From Lama glama (lineage: Eukaryota): DNA of 64,000 nucleotides. Location of the stretch: the NCBI GenBank assembly GCA_028534125.1, contig CM052817.1:41480001-41544000 (forward strand), given 5' to 3'. Below, piece by piece: positions 25,440 through 38,216 of this stretch. The notes under the pieces are model-generated. The model had not been told where the DNA came from. It did no database searches and worked only from the letters and a program-made list of their open reading frames with translations. Position 1 is the stretch's first letter. Every line of letters begins with the position of its first letter. The translations under genes were made by a program, and so were the position numbers.

Positions 25440-25570
25440 TTTTTTTTTTCCCAAAGATTACCTTTTATTTATCTTTTTGAAAAAAAAATTTTAATGGCAG
25501 TACTGGGAGTTGAACCCAGGCCCTTGTGCCTGCTAAGCATGCGCTCTACCACTGAGCTCTACCCTCCCCT
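25440..25570 (-). mobile_element. tRNA-derived SINE (Vic-1-like), inserted into an L2 fragment
   Basis: GTACTGGGAGTTGAACCCAGG...CTCTACCACTGAGCTCTACCCTCCCC is the reverse complement of the SINE head; T-rich tail lies upstream. Confidence 0.85.
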
Positions 25571-28063
25571 CACAGGCCTCTCATTCTTATTTCACATGGA
25601 TTTCTGCTGATACCTGCTCAAATGCAGTTCCTCAGAGAGGCTTTTCTGATCAGCCTATTTAAAATATAGTTCCTAGAGTTCTCAGTACCTAACTGCTGTA
25701 TGTGCCACATAACAGAAGCCACTGTCTGGCAATATTATGCATGATATTATATTTTTATGCTGGTTCTCCCCTTTCTCTTAAATGTAAGCTCTAAAAGGAC
25801 TGCAGACTTTGTATCCTGATGCTTGGTACAGTGGTGATTTTCAATAAATATTCATTGAATGAATAAAGATAAGAACTTGCATTTCTGTTGCCTAGCAAAG
25901 AAAGGGTTAAAGAAAAGATTGAGGCTCTGTGGTGGTATCCATGCTGGTACAAGGCAGAGGTAGTGTGAATTTTTATAGAAAATGCACAGAACTTCACATC
26001 ATAAGGTCCAGGTCCGTCTGTATTAGGCACATGACTTTGAATAGGTCTGTGTGTCAATTTCCTGCTACCAAATGGATTAAAGTTGATACAATCAAGGGAG
26101 GGAAAGAAAGTGGTAAGTTTTCATAAATCTTAAAATCTTAATATGATTATTGCCATCTCTTTGGGCCAGTACATAAATACAAAAGCAAAACCAGGTACTC
26201 AAAGTTTGTTATTTTCAGAGATAGGAAAACCCTCCCAACCATCTAATGAACTTCCAGTAATCCTAAAAAGGAAAATTTAGGTGCAATTTTAAAAAATGAG
26301 TTGAAAGGCTGTTACAGAACAACAAAATATAATGTTTTTGTATATGCATGGATACAAATGCAATTATAAGCATTGCTTTCTTGTCTCTTAAATTTCAGTC
26401 TTTATAAAACCAGACAGGATTTTCATATTGGTTCTTTCTCTGAGGAGTAACTAGAATCATCATATTCCCAGTCATGTCTTGGGTATAATCTTTGAGAGTC
26501 ATTCTGTGTCAATAAAAGAAAACAATAAAAGCTCACTTCAAATTAGGTGGTTTCAATTCCCATTTTCTAATAAGGATATCCTTGCTGTTGTGTGATAAAT
26601 ACCAGAAAGCATTAGTAAAAAGGTACATTTCTAAGAGATTTTTAAATGTAAAACAAGCGTTTTAAATACTCACATTTGAATAAATAAATGAGGGCTGGGT
26701 TTTATAGGTCACTGACTCATAATTTTTTAGTGAGGGCCTGTTTTGCTATGTTAACCTGATTTGTTTAATTTTTTTAACCAAGGTTATTGCCATATTATTA
26801 AGCTAGTCCATGTGTAATGAAGCTGTTCAAATGTGCATGTTGAAATCCAGGTATAATTTGTGGGTCTGTTTACTTGAGGGAGGTGGAAGGTGGTTTTACT
26901 AAAATAATACCTGTATGTATTGGAGATGAAAAGTACATGCGAAGTAACCCCTGTGGAAGGAAGCCAGCTGTTTGTTTTGCAGGACAGGATTTCAGTCACA
27001 TACACTGCCTCGATTCAATGAACGGGTCTTCTGTTGCTCCGGCCTTCTTTCCTGTCTCTGTTCTGTGCACAGAGTTCATTGAATAGAATCTCAGAGAAGT
27101 GGGGTGGGGGCCTAATCGGAAAAGACAGATGAGGCTACTACCCTGAGAGAGTTCCTGCTCCTCAGTCAGGGCTGAGCTCAGATGTCACCTCCTTGCGACA
27201 TCTTCCCCAGCCGTCTTCTCCCTAACATTCCAGAAGAATATGTCTGTCTGCTCTCTGAGTTTAGCCTAATCTTCTACTATTACCATGTTTCACGTGGCAT
27301 TTTATTAATCACGTCTGTGTAAGTCTTCTCAATACTCTGAGCTTCTCCTGGTCAACTCTGTATCTGTAACTTAGCACAGAGCTTGGCTTATAGTGACAGC
27401 TGGCTCTGTTGTTTCAGAATAAATAAGTTAATGCAGTTGCTACCACCACCCACTACCCTGAGAGAGACTGAAAGTGGACAGAGTCCAGAAAAAGTTAAGA
27501 TTGGATGATCCCATCCCATCCTGGCTTTTTCTTTGGACTGCCAACATTTAGAGGGTGCAGACAACGTGCATAATGGTTTTTAAGGACTGTCCAGAATTTT
27601 AAGCCCTTCTTCTTCTCAACAGTGGTCCCTTTCCCACACTCTCAATTCTGTTATTACTTTTCCCTGTTATGACAAAGCTTGAAGTGCACAAGGTCCATCA
27701 CTTCCGCCTTCTCTCCTCTTACCAATGAATATCACTGTTGATTTGAAAATTACTCATCTGCTTGTCTTGAGCTTCACCTCTGCTGTGATGATCTCCCTTT
27801 GCCAAACCATCCCTTTTGTCCTCTAGGGGTTGTGGGCGTAGAGGTGTGTGCATGGAACTTTCTCCAAAGTAATGAGATGTACTGTTGGCCCTGTAAAAGA
27901 GTAAATGAGAGGGTCAGTGGAGTGTGTGTGCGTGCGCACGTGTGCACCACGGTGGGAAGAGGAGGGTGGAGATGTAGAAGTAAGATTGGAGAAGTTAGAG
28001 GGAAATTTAAAGAAGAACATGAGTTTTACGGTCTCTGAAAATTTTTTTGACATCCTCTTCCAG

Positions 28064-28227
28064 GTTGACTTCGGATTTGCTAAGAAAATAGGATCTGGAC
28101 AGAAAACATGGACATTCTGTGGAACTCCAGAGTACGTAGCTCCTGAAGTCATTCTCAACAAAGGACACGACTTCAGTGTGGATTTTTGGTCCCTGGGAAT
28201 TCTAGTGTATGAGCTCCTAACGGGCAA
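28064..28227 (+). CDS. PRKG2: PRKG2 coding exon (~exon 15), activation segment: [54 protein letters not shown](N)
   Basis: Acceptor cctcttccag, donor AA|gtaagt; 164 nt. [11 protein letters not shown] and APE motifs. Confidence 0.98.
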
Positions 28228-30369
28228 GTAAGTACCTACAAGTTGTGTTCAGCCTCTTCTTACTAATGATAACAAATATATGTAATTTAAGAATTTAACA
28301 TTTTGGGAATATTTTTGATTAAGCACGGTGCCTCCTCCTCTCCGTATTATGTCATATATAGCATGCTTGCTAGGTCATGACACCGTGAAAAGGCTCAGGA
28401 AGCTGCAGGAAAGGAGTGCAGAGCTGCTGTGGTGTGCCTGAAAATGGCAAGGCCTGTAAACACAGGTAGCATATTAAGTGCATAAAGGTTTTGGTAATCC
28501 ATCATAAAAATAAGAACAGGAATTGAAGTTGTGGGCTGTAATTATTTCCTCATTTTTTTGTAATTGAGAAAATAGCAATCTTAGGTCAATTAAATCCATT
28601 GATCAATTAAATTTAACCATGTTCTTCCATCTTCCCCCCAAATCATTAGCCAGAATAGCTAAGAGAAAGCAACTTTGCTGGATTTAAATTTTAATCCCTT
28701 TGTCAACTGCATTCTAGAGGTGATAATGAACAGAGACAAGACACAGCGGGAGTTTTAAAGTTAAAATTGGATTGTCATTCCTGAAGCCATTAAAGGGCTG
28801 TAGTAATGAATGTGAGATCCCAAATATTCAATGTGCATGCACACACCCTTATTCCCTCACATTTGTAAAGCACTTTACAGTTTACAAAGCACTGACATGC
28901 ATATTATCTAGTTTAGTTTTCACAAACTTGGGTGGATGTTAAAGCAGGATCTTTAAAAATTATTTTATGATTTAAATTTTTATTATGATTAGTTTATGAT
29001 TTAAATCTTATAGATTAAAAAACTAAGCCAGAGAGCTTCCTATCTAAGATCAGGGATTTGATCCCAGGTTTTCTTTCCATTACACACATGTGCCTTACAC
29101 ATATGTGTTTTTAATATAGTGCATGGAAAATACACACAAGATTCAGATCAGTTTTCTTTTCAATTTTCTACCTCCATTTCTCATGAGCTGATTTGGTCAT
29201 CCTTATAAACCTTTACAACTGAATATTTTAAGTTTTGATTTCAGGGAGGATTTGCATGTGGAACGCTGTAAGAAATGCTGGAATGAGCCCAGTGATGGGG
29301 ATTCAAGTCTCAACACATACTTTTCAAAAAGAGAGTTTCATAGAATCTTCTTTGAACTTTTGACACTACAGGTGTCAACGTTGGATTACCTGTGGCTCCT
29401 TCAACGTCCTTGTCCATATGCATTGAGCAAACAGATATGAAAGATTATTTTATATTATCTGTAGTCATTTTCGAATATTCATTGCATAAGATTTTGAAGG
29501 AAAGAAGAGAAATTTTTTCAGACAGTCATTCAGAGAGAAAGTTGCTTAAGGTCTCAGGATGCAAGGATTTCTGTTTCAAGAATTTGTTTCCTCGTCCCTG
29601 GAAAAGTCTTCAGCTGCATTTCTAAGAGCTACATGATGATCTTTCAGGTGGCTGGAGAACATACATTTCAGTCTTCATCAGTTTGAGTAGACTGTTACAA
29701 GAAGTAGGGAAATACAGTGAGGGAATGAGGAAGGAGGGAAAAAACACCTCAGTAACTTGGAGTTGCTAACGTGGCCTTGACCTGTCAGGAAGAAGTTGAG
29801 AATTTGTTTTTGTAAAGGCTTTCAGAGTAGGGTGTGAGAAAAGTTCATTTTAAATGCCCTGAACTCTAGAGAGTTGGGAGGTAAATGAAAACAAGAAAAG
29901 AAATGAAACAAAACAAAACAAAACAAAACACAGTTGTGATATTATACGGTATTTTTCTTTTTCTTTCTGGCTTACTTCATGTAGAATGACAATCTACATA
30001 TGTATGTATATATATACAAAAATAAATAAAGAACATGTAGACTTTACATAAAAAAACATAGTTGTAAATATATAAATAGATGGAAGATATTATGGCAATG
30101 GTTTTTGTTTCCTACCTCGTTTTTGTTACAAGTGAAACAAAGATTATAGAAAACCGACCTTGTTTCAAGTTTACTAACAAGAGTGGGAACTCTCAGTGGC
30201 CAGAAGTCTCAAGCATGACCAAGATACAGCAGATGTTCATAAAAGTCATCTGTAACTTTCAAAAATTAAATAACTATAGAATAGGTATTAAAGTGGTTTT
30301 GAAAGCAGAGTGTATGCATTAACATGCTGCCCAAATTCAATGGTTAATTTCCAAAGCTTTCTTACTCAT

Positions 30370-31420
30370 CTGAGCAACAGGTTCCTTGAAATGCTCCCTT
30401 CACATGGCTTCTAGGACCTCCCTCCCTCTCATTTCTCTTCCTGTGCTAGAGGCTTCATCTCAGAATTCATTGCTGGATCCTTCTCTTCATCCTGACCCCT
30501 TTGGTGGTCACTGGGCCACTTGACTTGACTTCTTTTCTACCTACTCACTCCTTGGGTGATATCATCCAGTCCCATGGTCGTAACTACTGTCTGATGACTC
30601 CCCAGAATCATGCCTCCAGCCCTGACCTCTTCCCTGAATGCCAGACTCATAAATTCAACTGTTCGCTTAGCATCTCTATTTGGATGTTCAAGACGTAACT
30701 CTGGAGTTTCTGCTGCATAACCTACTCCGCACCCTTGCCTCCCACCCTCAACCCTTACCCCAGTCTTTGATTGATTCCATAGGTCAAAACACTTAGCATC
30801 ATTCTTGAATCTTTTCTTTCTTCTACACATGCATTCACCCCATTAGCAAATCCTGCTGGTTTTATCATCGAAGTAAGTCAAGAATCCAAACACATCTCAC
30901 TACCTTCATCCCGACCATTCTAGTCCAGGCTGCCAGACCTTCCTTTCCCCACCACGAGTACCATCACCGTTTATTTTCAACACATTTTTAAGAAGCTTAC
31001 TCTGGCTGCTGTAAATTAGATCACCAGACTCAGAACAGATTCCCAGGTCCTTACCGTCGCCCATGAGATCTATGCGATGCTCCCCTATCTCTTATACTCC
31101 TCCCCTGCTTACTACTCCCTCCAGCAGCATCACTGTCCTCCTCACTGTTTCAGGGACAACCCGTGTCCACTCCTGACTCATGGCCTTTGTCCTTGCTGTC
31201 TGGGAATCCTTTGCCTACAAGAAAACAGTGTGGCTCATTCACTCCTCTTCGTTCTCACCTCTGCTCGATTGACAACGTATGAGAGAGGCTTTTCCTCTCC
31301 ACTCTGTCTCACAAAATCACACCTCTCCCTCTCCCTCTTTGTTCTCCCCTCTATTTTTCTTTTCTGTGATTATGACCACTTGACAGATTACCTCTGTGTG
31401 TGTCTGTGTGTCATTTGTTA
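30370..31420 (+). mobile_element. L2 LINE fragment
   Basis: CT-rich L2 core (CTTGGGTGATATCATCCAGTCCCATGG...CTCCAGCCCTGACCTCTTCCCTGAA). Confidence 0.7.
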
Positions 31421-31600
31421 AGTGATGTGAAATTAATGAAGCAATTTTCTAGCATATATCCAGATTTACTGGAACACTAACCTGTAAGAGAGGGGGAAGG
31501 AAGAAGAAAGGGAGGGAGGGAAGAAAAAAATAGAAAAGAGGCTTAGTTAGAACCGTGTCTCAGATGCTGGTCCAAGTGTCCTGTTCTGGCTTTTCTCTAG

Positions 31601-31723
31601 CCCGCCCTTTTCTGGGATTGACCAAATGATGACCTACAATTTGATTCTCAAAGGAATTGAAAAAATGGATTTTCCCAGAAAGATAACAAGACGACCAGAG
31701 GATTTGATTCGGAGGCTTTGCAG
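31601..31723 (+). CDS. PRKG2: PRKG2 coding exon (~exon 16): PPFSGIDQMMTYNLILKGIEKMDFPRKITRRPEDLIRRLC(R)
   Basis: Acceptor ttttctctag, donor AG|gtgaga; 123 nt, phase 2/2. Confidence 0.97.
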
Positions 31724-32755
31724 GTGAGAGTCATTATTAAAAACCCCTTGTTCTTGGGAAAAGTGTGAAGGCTTCTCATTTCTGCTTCCGCACATTTATT
31801 TCATTTTTTTTCACACATTTAAAACTCAGGTATATATTTACTTTTTGTACTTTTCTATGTAGCCAAATTATATTTAAAGAAAATCATTTTCTATCTTGCA
31901 GTCTATGCCAGGAGTTTGAGTTTACTTCATATTATGGAAGCACAGAAACTACTTATAGTTCAAAAGAGATGCAGATTATTCAGGTCATTGTGGAGAATCA
32001 TCTTTGTCTGTTATAGAGGAAAACAGACCACAAACCTTAACTCAGTAAAGGAGTAATTTACAGCCTTGTTACTTTGATAGAGAATCAGTGGTGATGATTA
32101 ACATGTTACTATATGCCCTCTTTCAAGCTTCATTTGAAAAAGCGTACTGCTCTGGCCTCATTGTAAATGACTACTTACCATTAGAAATAATTTATTGGAG
32201 AACAGAAGATTTCTAGAATTTTATTTAAACTTCATTTTGTCACTGTTTTTTTGGTTTTTGTGCACATCTGAACTTTTTAAAAAGCAGTAAAGTTTAATAA
32301 ATTTAGAATGTGAAACCTAGCTGTGGGTTGCCCGCAGAAATTTCTGCCTGCTTCTAAAATTCCAGCTCAATTGTAAATGATTCTTTAAAGCTTTCGTTGG
32401 TTTTCCTAGTAGAGTTGATAAAATAGCACCATCCTGTTCTTTTAAGCATTTATTCATAGCTTATTTAAAGCACTGGGAGATATCTACTATCTATAATTTC
32501 ATATATCTATATTCATATCTATCAATCTATATACTGGTATACATATATTTTTCATATTCCTAACGGTAATTTGGCTGTGGATCCCTCAGGAAGGGCACAT
32601 ATTTTCCATCTCCCTATACTCAGATGCGCCTGGTCTATGAATATTGTTGACAAAATGAATGAATGAATGAAGAAAGAAAGAAAATTTGTTAAATTTTAAC
32701 GTAAAATTTACTCAAGTATAATTACTATAAATTGACTTGAAAACTTTTACTACAG

Positions 32756-32818
32756 GCAAAATCCAACCGAGAGACTGGGAAATCTGAAGAATGGCATCAA
32801 TGACATTAAGAAACACAG
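32756..32818 (+). CDS. PRKG2: PRKG2 coding exon (~exon 17): QNPTERLGNLKNGINDIKKH(R)
   Basis: Acceptor ttttactacag, donor AG|gtacat; 63 nt, phase 2/2. Confidence 0.96.
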
Positions 32819-35800
32819 GTACATAGTTACCATTCTCTGTCCAGAAGACTATAGAAATTTGTTTGTAAAGCTTGGTAATCTTGCAGCTTCTCTCAATATG
32901 CTGCAAAGATCCCTGCACAGATGCTCAGTTTTTCCTTTTTGGTGCTTTATTTTTAATTTGTGTTTTACTGGCTACAATAACAATGATCAGTTGCAAAGTG
33001 ATTTCACTAATGCTGGAAATTCATATCAAGTATGGATGAAGTAATAAAACACATTATAAATTACATTTTCAAGTTATAACGACTTAGCTTCTTATTGGCT
33101 GCTATCCTTAACTTTTTAAAATATTAACTTGGATTCTATAAAGGAATTAGGTTCCAATTTTGACATTAGATTTGTAATGAAAGTAGGATACAGTCAGGGT
33201 TGTCAGTATGCAAGAGAATGGGTCAGTAAAATCAACAGTTAAATAGTATTCTATTTAACTGTTAATTAATATTACATATTTAGTTTAAATACACTTTTCC
33301 TTTGACTGGCTCTCCACAGTTTGAAGTCTCATGCTGTGTTTTACTCTTTGGGTAAGGTACATTGATTCCCACGACACCTCAAGCAATGTGTTGTCCTTGG
33401 GTAGTAATCTAACATGGACCTTTTCAGGTCTGTGAATTTCTAAAGCTGGCCTTTAAAATCATCAAGAACTCCCATAATGTACACTGTCTGATTTGGTTGT
33501 TCATATGTGGATGCTCAGATCTTGGAGAATTTTTTTAATCGATGCCTAGCTAAATCCTGCAGTCCTCAAGATGTTTCAATTTTGCTTACGACTTGTGAAA
33601 TCTCACCTATTGATAGTACAGAAAATAAATGTGAGAATCTCGTTATTGAAAACCTTTAAGCATGCTGCCATGTTCACTTTCAGAAATGAAAACACCTTCC
33701 AGTAGTTTATTCCTCTCTGGATATATTCACTGAAGAACTAGGGGCACATGAACACAGTGTGAAAATAAAGGGGGAGATGCTGCTGTATAGAAACGCTCTT
33801 CTTTTTCTGAACAGTAGTGGTGCAGCTTCAAAAAAAAAAAAATCCCCAAGCTGCCAACCCTGCTCTATCTATTCATGAACGTTCTTGAAATAAAGCCATG
33901 TATTCAACATTGTAAATTCATATCGCGCTCTGCCTTCAGGATGGATCAGGAAGGGGAGAAGAGGAAAGGAGGGAGGGAGAGATGGAGACAGACAGAACAT
34001 CTGTGGATTTTTACAGACATCAAAATGCTTAGCGTATTTTATTGTTCTTTGCCATCCTTTAGATTGTCTTCAATGTAAAGCTTATTCTTTGTCTTAGATT
34101 CCAATTTATCTTTCTTCCTACATGCTGTTACCACAATTTCTTTTCTCATTATAAAATAACACATAAATACACCATTCATATTGAACAAACAAGTGTCCCG
34201 TCAATTAAAGTCCCTCTTCCAATGCGTTTTCCTCTTTTGTCTCATTAAAGAGCCGTCTTCCTCTTCATGTTTTGCTCTGGGGCAGTTGGGAAATAGAAGT
34301 GATGTAATTGTTAACAGGTTCCAGTTTTAGCTCTTCTTATTTACCTGAGGCTCATTTAAATGTAACTGTCAAATTGTGATTGGATGCACATGCAAATTGA
34401 TGCTAAAGGATTTTCTCACCTCAGTGTGGTAATGAAGAATTTTGAATTTCCTTCCCCATAGGGACTAACTGCCCACTCTTCTTAACAGACAGAGTGTTCT
34501 TTGCCAAGTAACTGAAGCATCGGAGTGTAGTGTGTAGGGCAGAGTTCACTAATAAGATGTACCAGATTTACACAGTAGCTTCCGGTGAGCCCGGGGAGCT
34601 CAAAGACATTATTTCACCTCATTTTCATAGTGCTTCTAAGATACAAAGCTGGGTCAGGGAGGTCTGAAAAATAGATCTCTTTCTTCTTTGAAGTAGGAGT
34701 GTTCCAAAACCTTCCTCCAAGGCATGTAGCATCTCTACCAACTATATTCTTGGAATTTAAAAAAAAAATTCTTTTTTAAGATTTGCCATCAGATTTTCCC
34801 ACTCTAATTTTTTTCCTTAGAGAATTATTTACTTAAATTTTGTATTTAAAAATAATACAGTTAAACCTGGCATACTGTTCCATGTTTGTTCAGTCTGTGT
34901 TGAATCATCTTTCCTGAAAATAGAGTTCTCCCCTCCTATTTATGAGTTAATTTATAAATTAGGCACCAATCATGTCTCCTAGCCCCTATCTGAAAAGAGG
35001 GGTCATGTATTTGTAGGGTGTAATTAAATCTTTGCTGCTAGGTGGAGGAGTAATTTGTTTCAAGTCTCTTAATGTTACCTTTAATAGTTCCAGTCTCTAA
35101 AATTACTCTCAAGAATAGCTTACAAGTCTTTTAAAAATGAAGAAGCAATTTATGTGCAGTTGCTGCTAATATTTCTTTAGTGAATATTTTTCACACACGA
35201 GTGCATGCTGGCACTTGGATTACTTAAAATGTGGTTAGTGTCAAAAAGGCCAAGTGTTAAGTGAATAGCCACTCATGTTAAGTAAATATTGCCGTAAGTC
35301 AAACTGTAACAAGCACTCAGCAAGAATGTATAGGCTCTTTGATTCAGTGGAGTGGCAGTAATGATTTTTATTAATATTTATGGAGTAGCTTCTGGGTAGA
35401 GAACATTGTGAAATATGTGAAAAGGCATTGTGATGATATTTGATGGCAAAAGAAAAGAGTCCACAGAGCTGCGTGCCTAGAAATCCCTAACAATGGAGCC
35501 TCGGTCTGAGCAAAGAAGCTGATGGTGGATGGAGGAGAGGGCTTCTGTGATTCTGCAGCAAGGACAGGGGAGGTCGTGCCGCGTGAATGTCTGTCTGACT
35601 CGCGCTCTTTGATGAGAGTCTCGGCAGTTTAGACCCACATGGCACTTTGGGTTAAGAATGGCATCCGAGATGGAATGTACTAGCGCCTCTCTGTTTTTAG
35701 TACTTTTCTGCTGGCTAAGCTTAGACCTAGAATGGGAAATCCAGTCAAGGAGTGACCCGAAACGAACTCTACGGGTGGGAAGAGATTGAAAAAGATGGAA

Positions 35801-38216
35801 AAGCATAACTTCGAGTACAGCTGACAGGCAGGACTGTGACAGCCTCCTCAAGTCTCCCAGCCTTCAGTACACACCTCCCACCACCACCCTGCCCCATTGC
35901 GCCCCCCTGTGGTTGTTCTTCACAAAGCAGCCAGAATCATCTTGGGAAAGCACAATTAGATTGCCATCACTTCCTTAGAACTTTCTAACGGCTTCCCGAT
36001 AAGCATGAAATCTTGATTCCTTGCTGTGTTCCAGCAGACCGTGCAGGCTCTGGCCTCTGGTCGGTTCTCAGGCATCAATATATTGTTTTCTAGTTTCCCC
36101 TCCACCCACCACACTTCAGCTCGTACCAGGCACGCACTTCCATGAAGGCCTTGGCCACACATCTTTCCATGGCTTCCCCTTCTCCTCATTCTGGCCTTAA
36201 TTCACATAGCACTTCTGCAGATACTAGCCAAGCTGAAGCAGCGCCTCCCAGCCCACTCCCAGCCCGGTCATCATCTACCACTTGACTCTCTTTTATGTTC
36301 CTAGTCCTTGTTAGTGTCTGAAATTAACTGAAGTATTTGTGTTGTTCACTTTTTTGTTTGATTATTTGTCACTTTCTACCAAAATAAAAATATCCTAAAA
36401 TCAGGGTTTTTGTTGTTTTTGATGCCTGGAACTAAACTGATTTTCCCTACACTTTTGTTAGCTGGTTGACCTGACCTCAGTGTCCCACTGGAAAAGATGA
36501 GTGGCTGTGGAACAGTATTACTCCTTGTTCTTTGTAAGATTCTGAGAGACAGAGTACATTGTTTCTGTCTGGGAGAAGCAAGGCCTCCTCACTTCTGGTG
36601 TTGCATTTCCAGCCCACCAAGCCTGCACTGACATGTATCCTAAAGATCAGATCTGCCCTTTTAGACTAATGATTTGGAAGCAATAAATAAAAGAACTTCA
36701 TCCGGCCATCAGCTTAATCCCATTACAGACTATCATAAAGTACCTTTTATCTTGGAGCTTTTTAGATGCATTTCACCAAGAGCATCACCACCACGGTGGT
36801 GTGATGTTTTACGTTTATGGCAGTTGGAGGTCCTATGGAAGCGTCTTCTCTTGTAGAGTCACTCAGTTATTCAGCGTACATTTATTTGAGCCCCTGTTTT
36901 GTGCCAAGCATCGTTCCGAGTATTAGGGACACAAGAGGAAAGAAAATAAGACAAAAACCCCTGCCCTTGTGGAACTTGCCTTCTACAGGGGAGATAGAAA
37001 ATAAAGAAGGTAATTAAGTCAAGTGTATAGTAGGTACTTCAGAGAGCAGGAAGTGCTAAGGAGAGAAAATAAAGTAGGGAAGGAGGATGAGAAGTATGGG
37101 GGAGGGGGTTGGGGGGTTGCAGTGTTGGACTGGATGGCCAAAGAAGGCCTCACTAAGACGACGAGCTTTGAGAAAATGCCCGATGGTGCTGAGGGGACAC
37201 ACCCAGTGGAGACCTGGGGAAAGAGCCATTCAGCTGCAGGCGCCTGAGCGCAAAGGTCTTGAAGTGGGGTCATCCCTAACTTGTTGGAAGAATGCTGAGG
37301 AGACGAATGAGCCAGGGAGGGAGAAAGAGGAATGTCGGCCAGTGGTAAGGTGGGGGGGAGGGGGGAAGGTGATTCTGTACAGTTTATGGGTTATAATAAA
37401 GGCCTAGTGAAGACTTTGCCTTTTACGCTGAAACTGGTAGCACTGGGCAGTTTTGAACAAAAGCCGTGATGTGACCTGACTGATGTTTTAAACGATTGCC
37501 CTTGCTAATTGTTTCCCACAGACAAAAGCAGAGGACCTGTTAGGAGGTTATTATAATAATAGTGGCTTGGCCCACGCTGGTAGAGCAAAGGTGTTGAGTA
37601 TTTGTCAGGTTCTGAATACCGACGTATTGTGATGGTAACACTGATAAGATTTGCTTCTGGACTGAGATAGGGTGTGAGAGAAAGGATAACTCCAAGGTCT
37701 TTGGTTGCAGAAACTGGAAGAGCTGAGGCAAGTTTGATGGGGAAAATTAGAGCTTCACTGTGGACCTGACACATGCTAGATGCTCATTAGACACGCAGTG
37801 GGGAGATGATTTTGGCAGCTGTAGCTATTAGCCTGTGAAGCAATGGGGAGGTCTTGGATGGAAACAGAAATTTGGGAGTGACTAGTTTATAAATGCTCTT
37901 TAAAGCCACCGAGCTGAATGAGATTATCTAGAAAGTGAAAGTAGTTTAAAAAAGAAGAGGTCCAAGGACTGAGCCCCGGAGTCCACCGGCTTCACATGGA
38001 AATAGTGGGACATGAGAGAAAGCACCCAAGAAGGCAGGAGGACAACCAGGATGGAAGCATGTGTCAGAAGCCAAGTGAGGAGGGTGTTTCAGGGTGTGTG
38101 AGTGAGGAGCTCTGGCAAATGCTGTTAGTAGTAATATTAAAACTGAGAATTGAGGTGATTGGATAGGATGGAGGGGGTGAAGCCTGACTGCAGTGTGGCC
38201 GGGAGAAAATGGGTAG

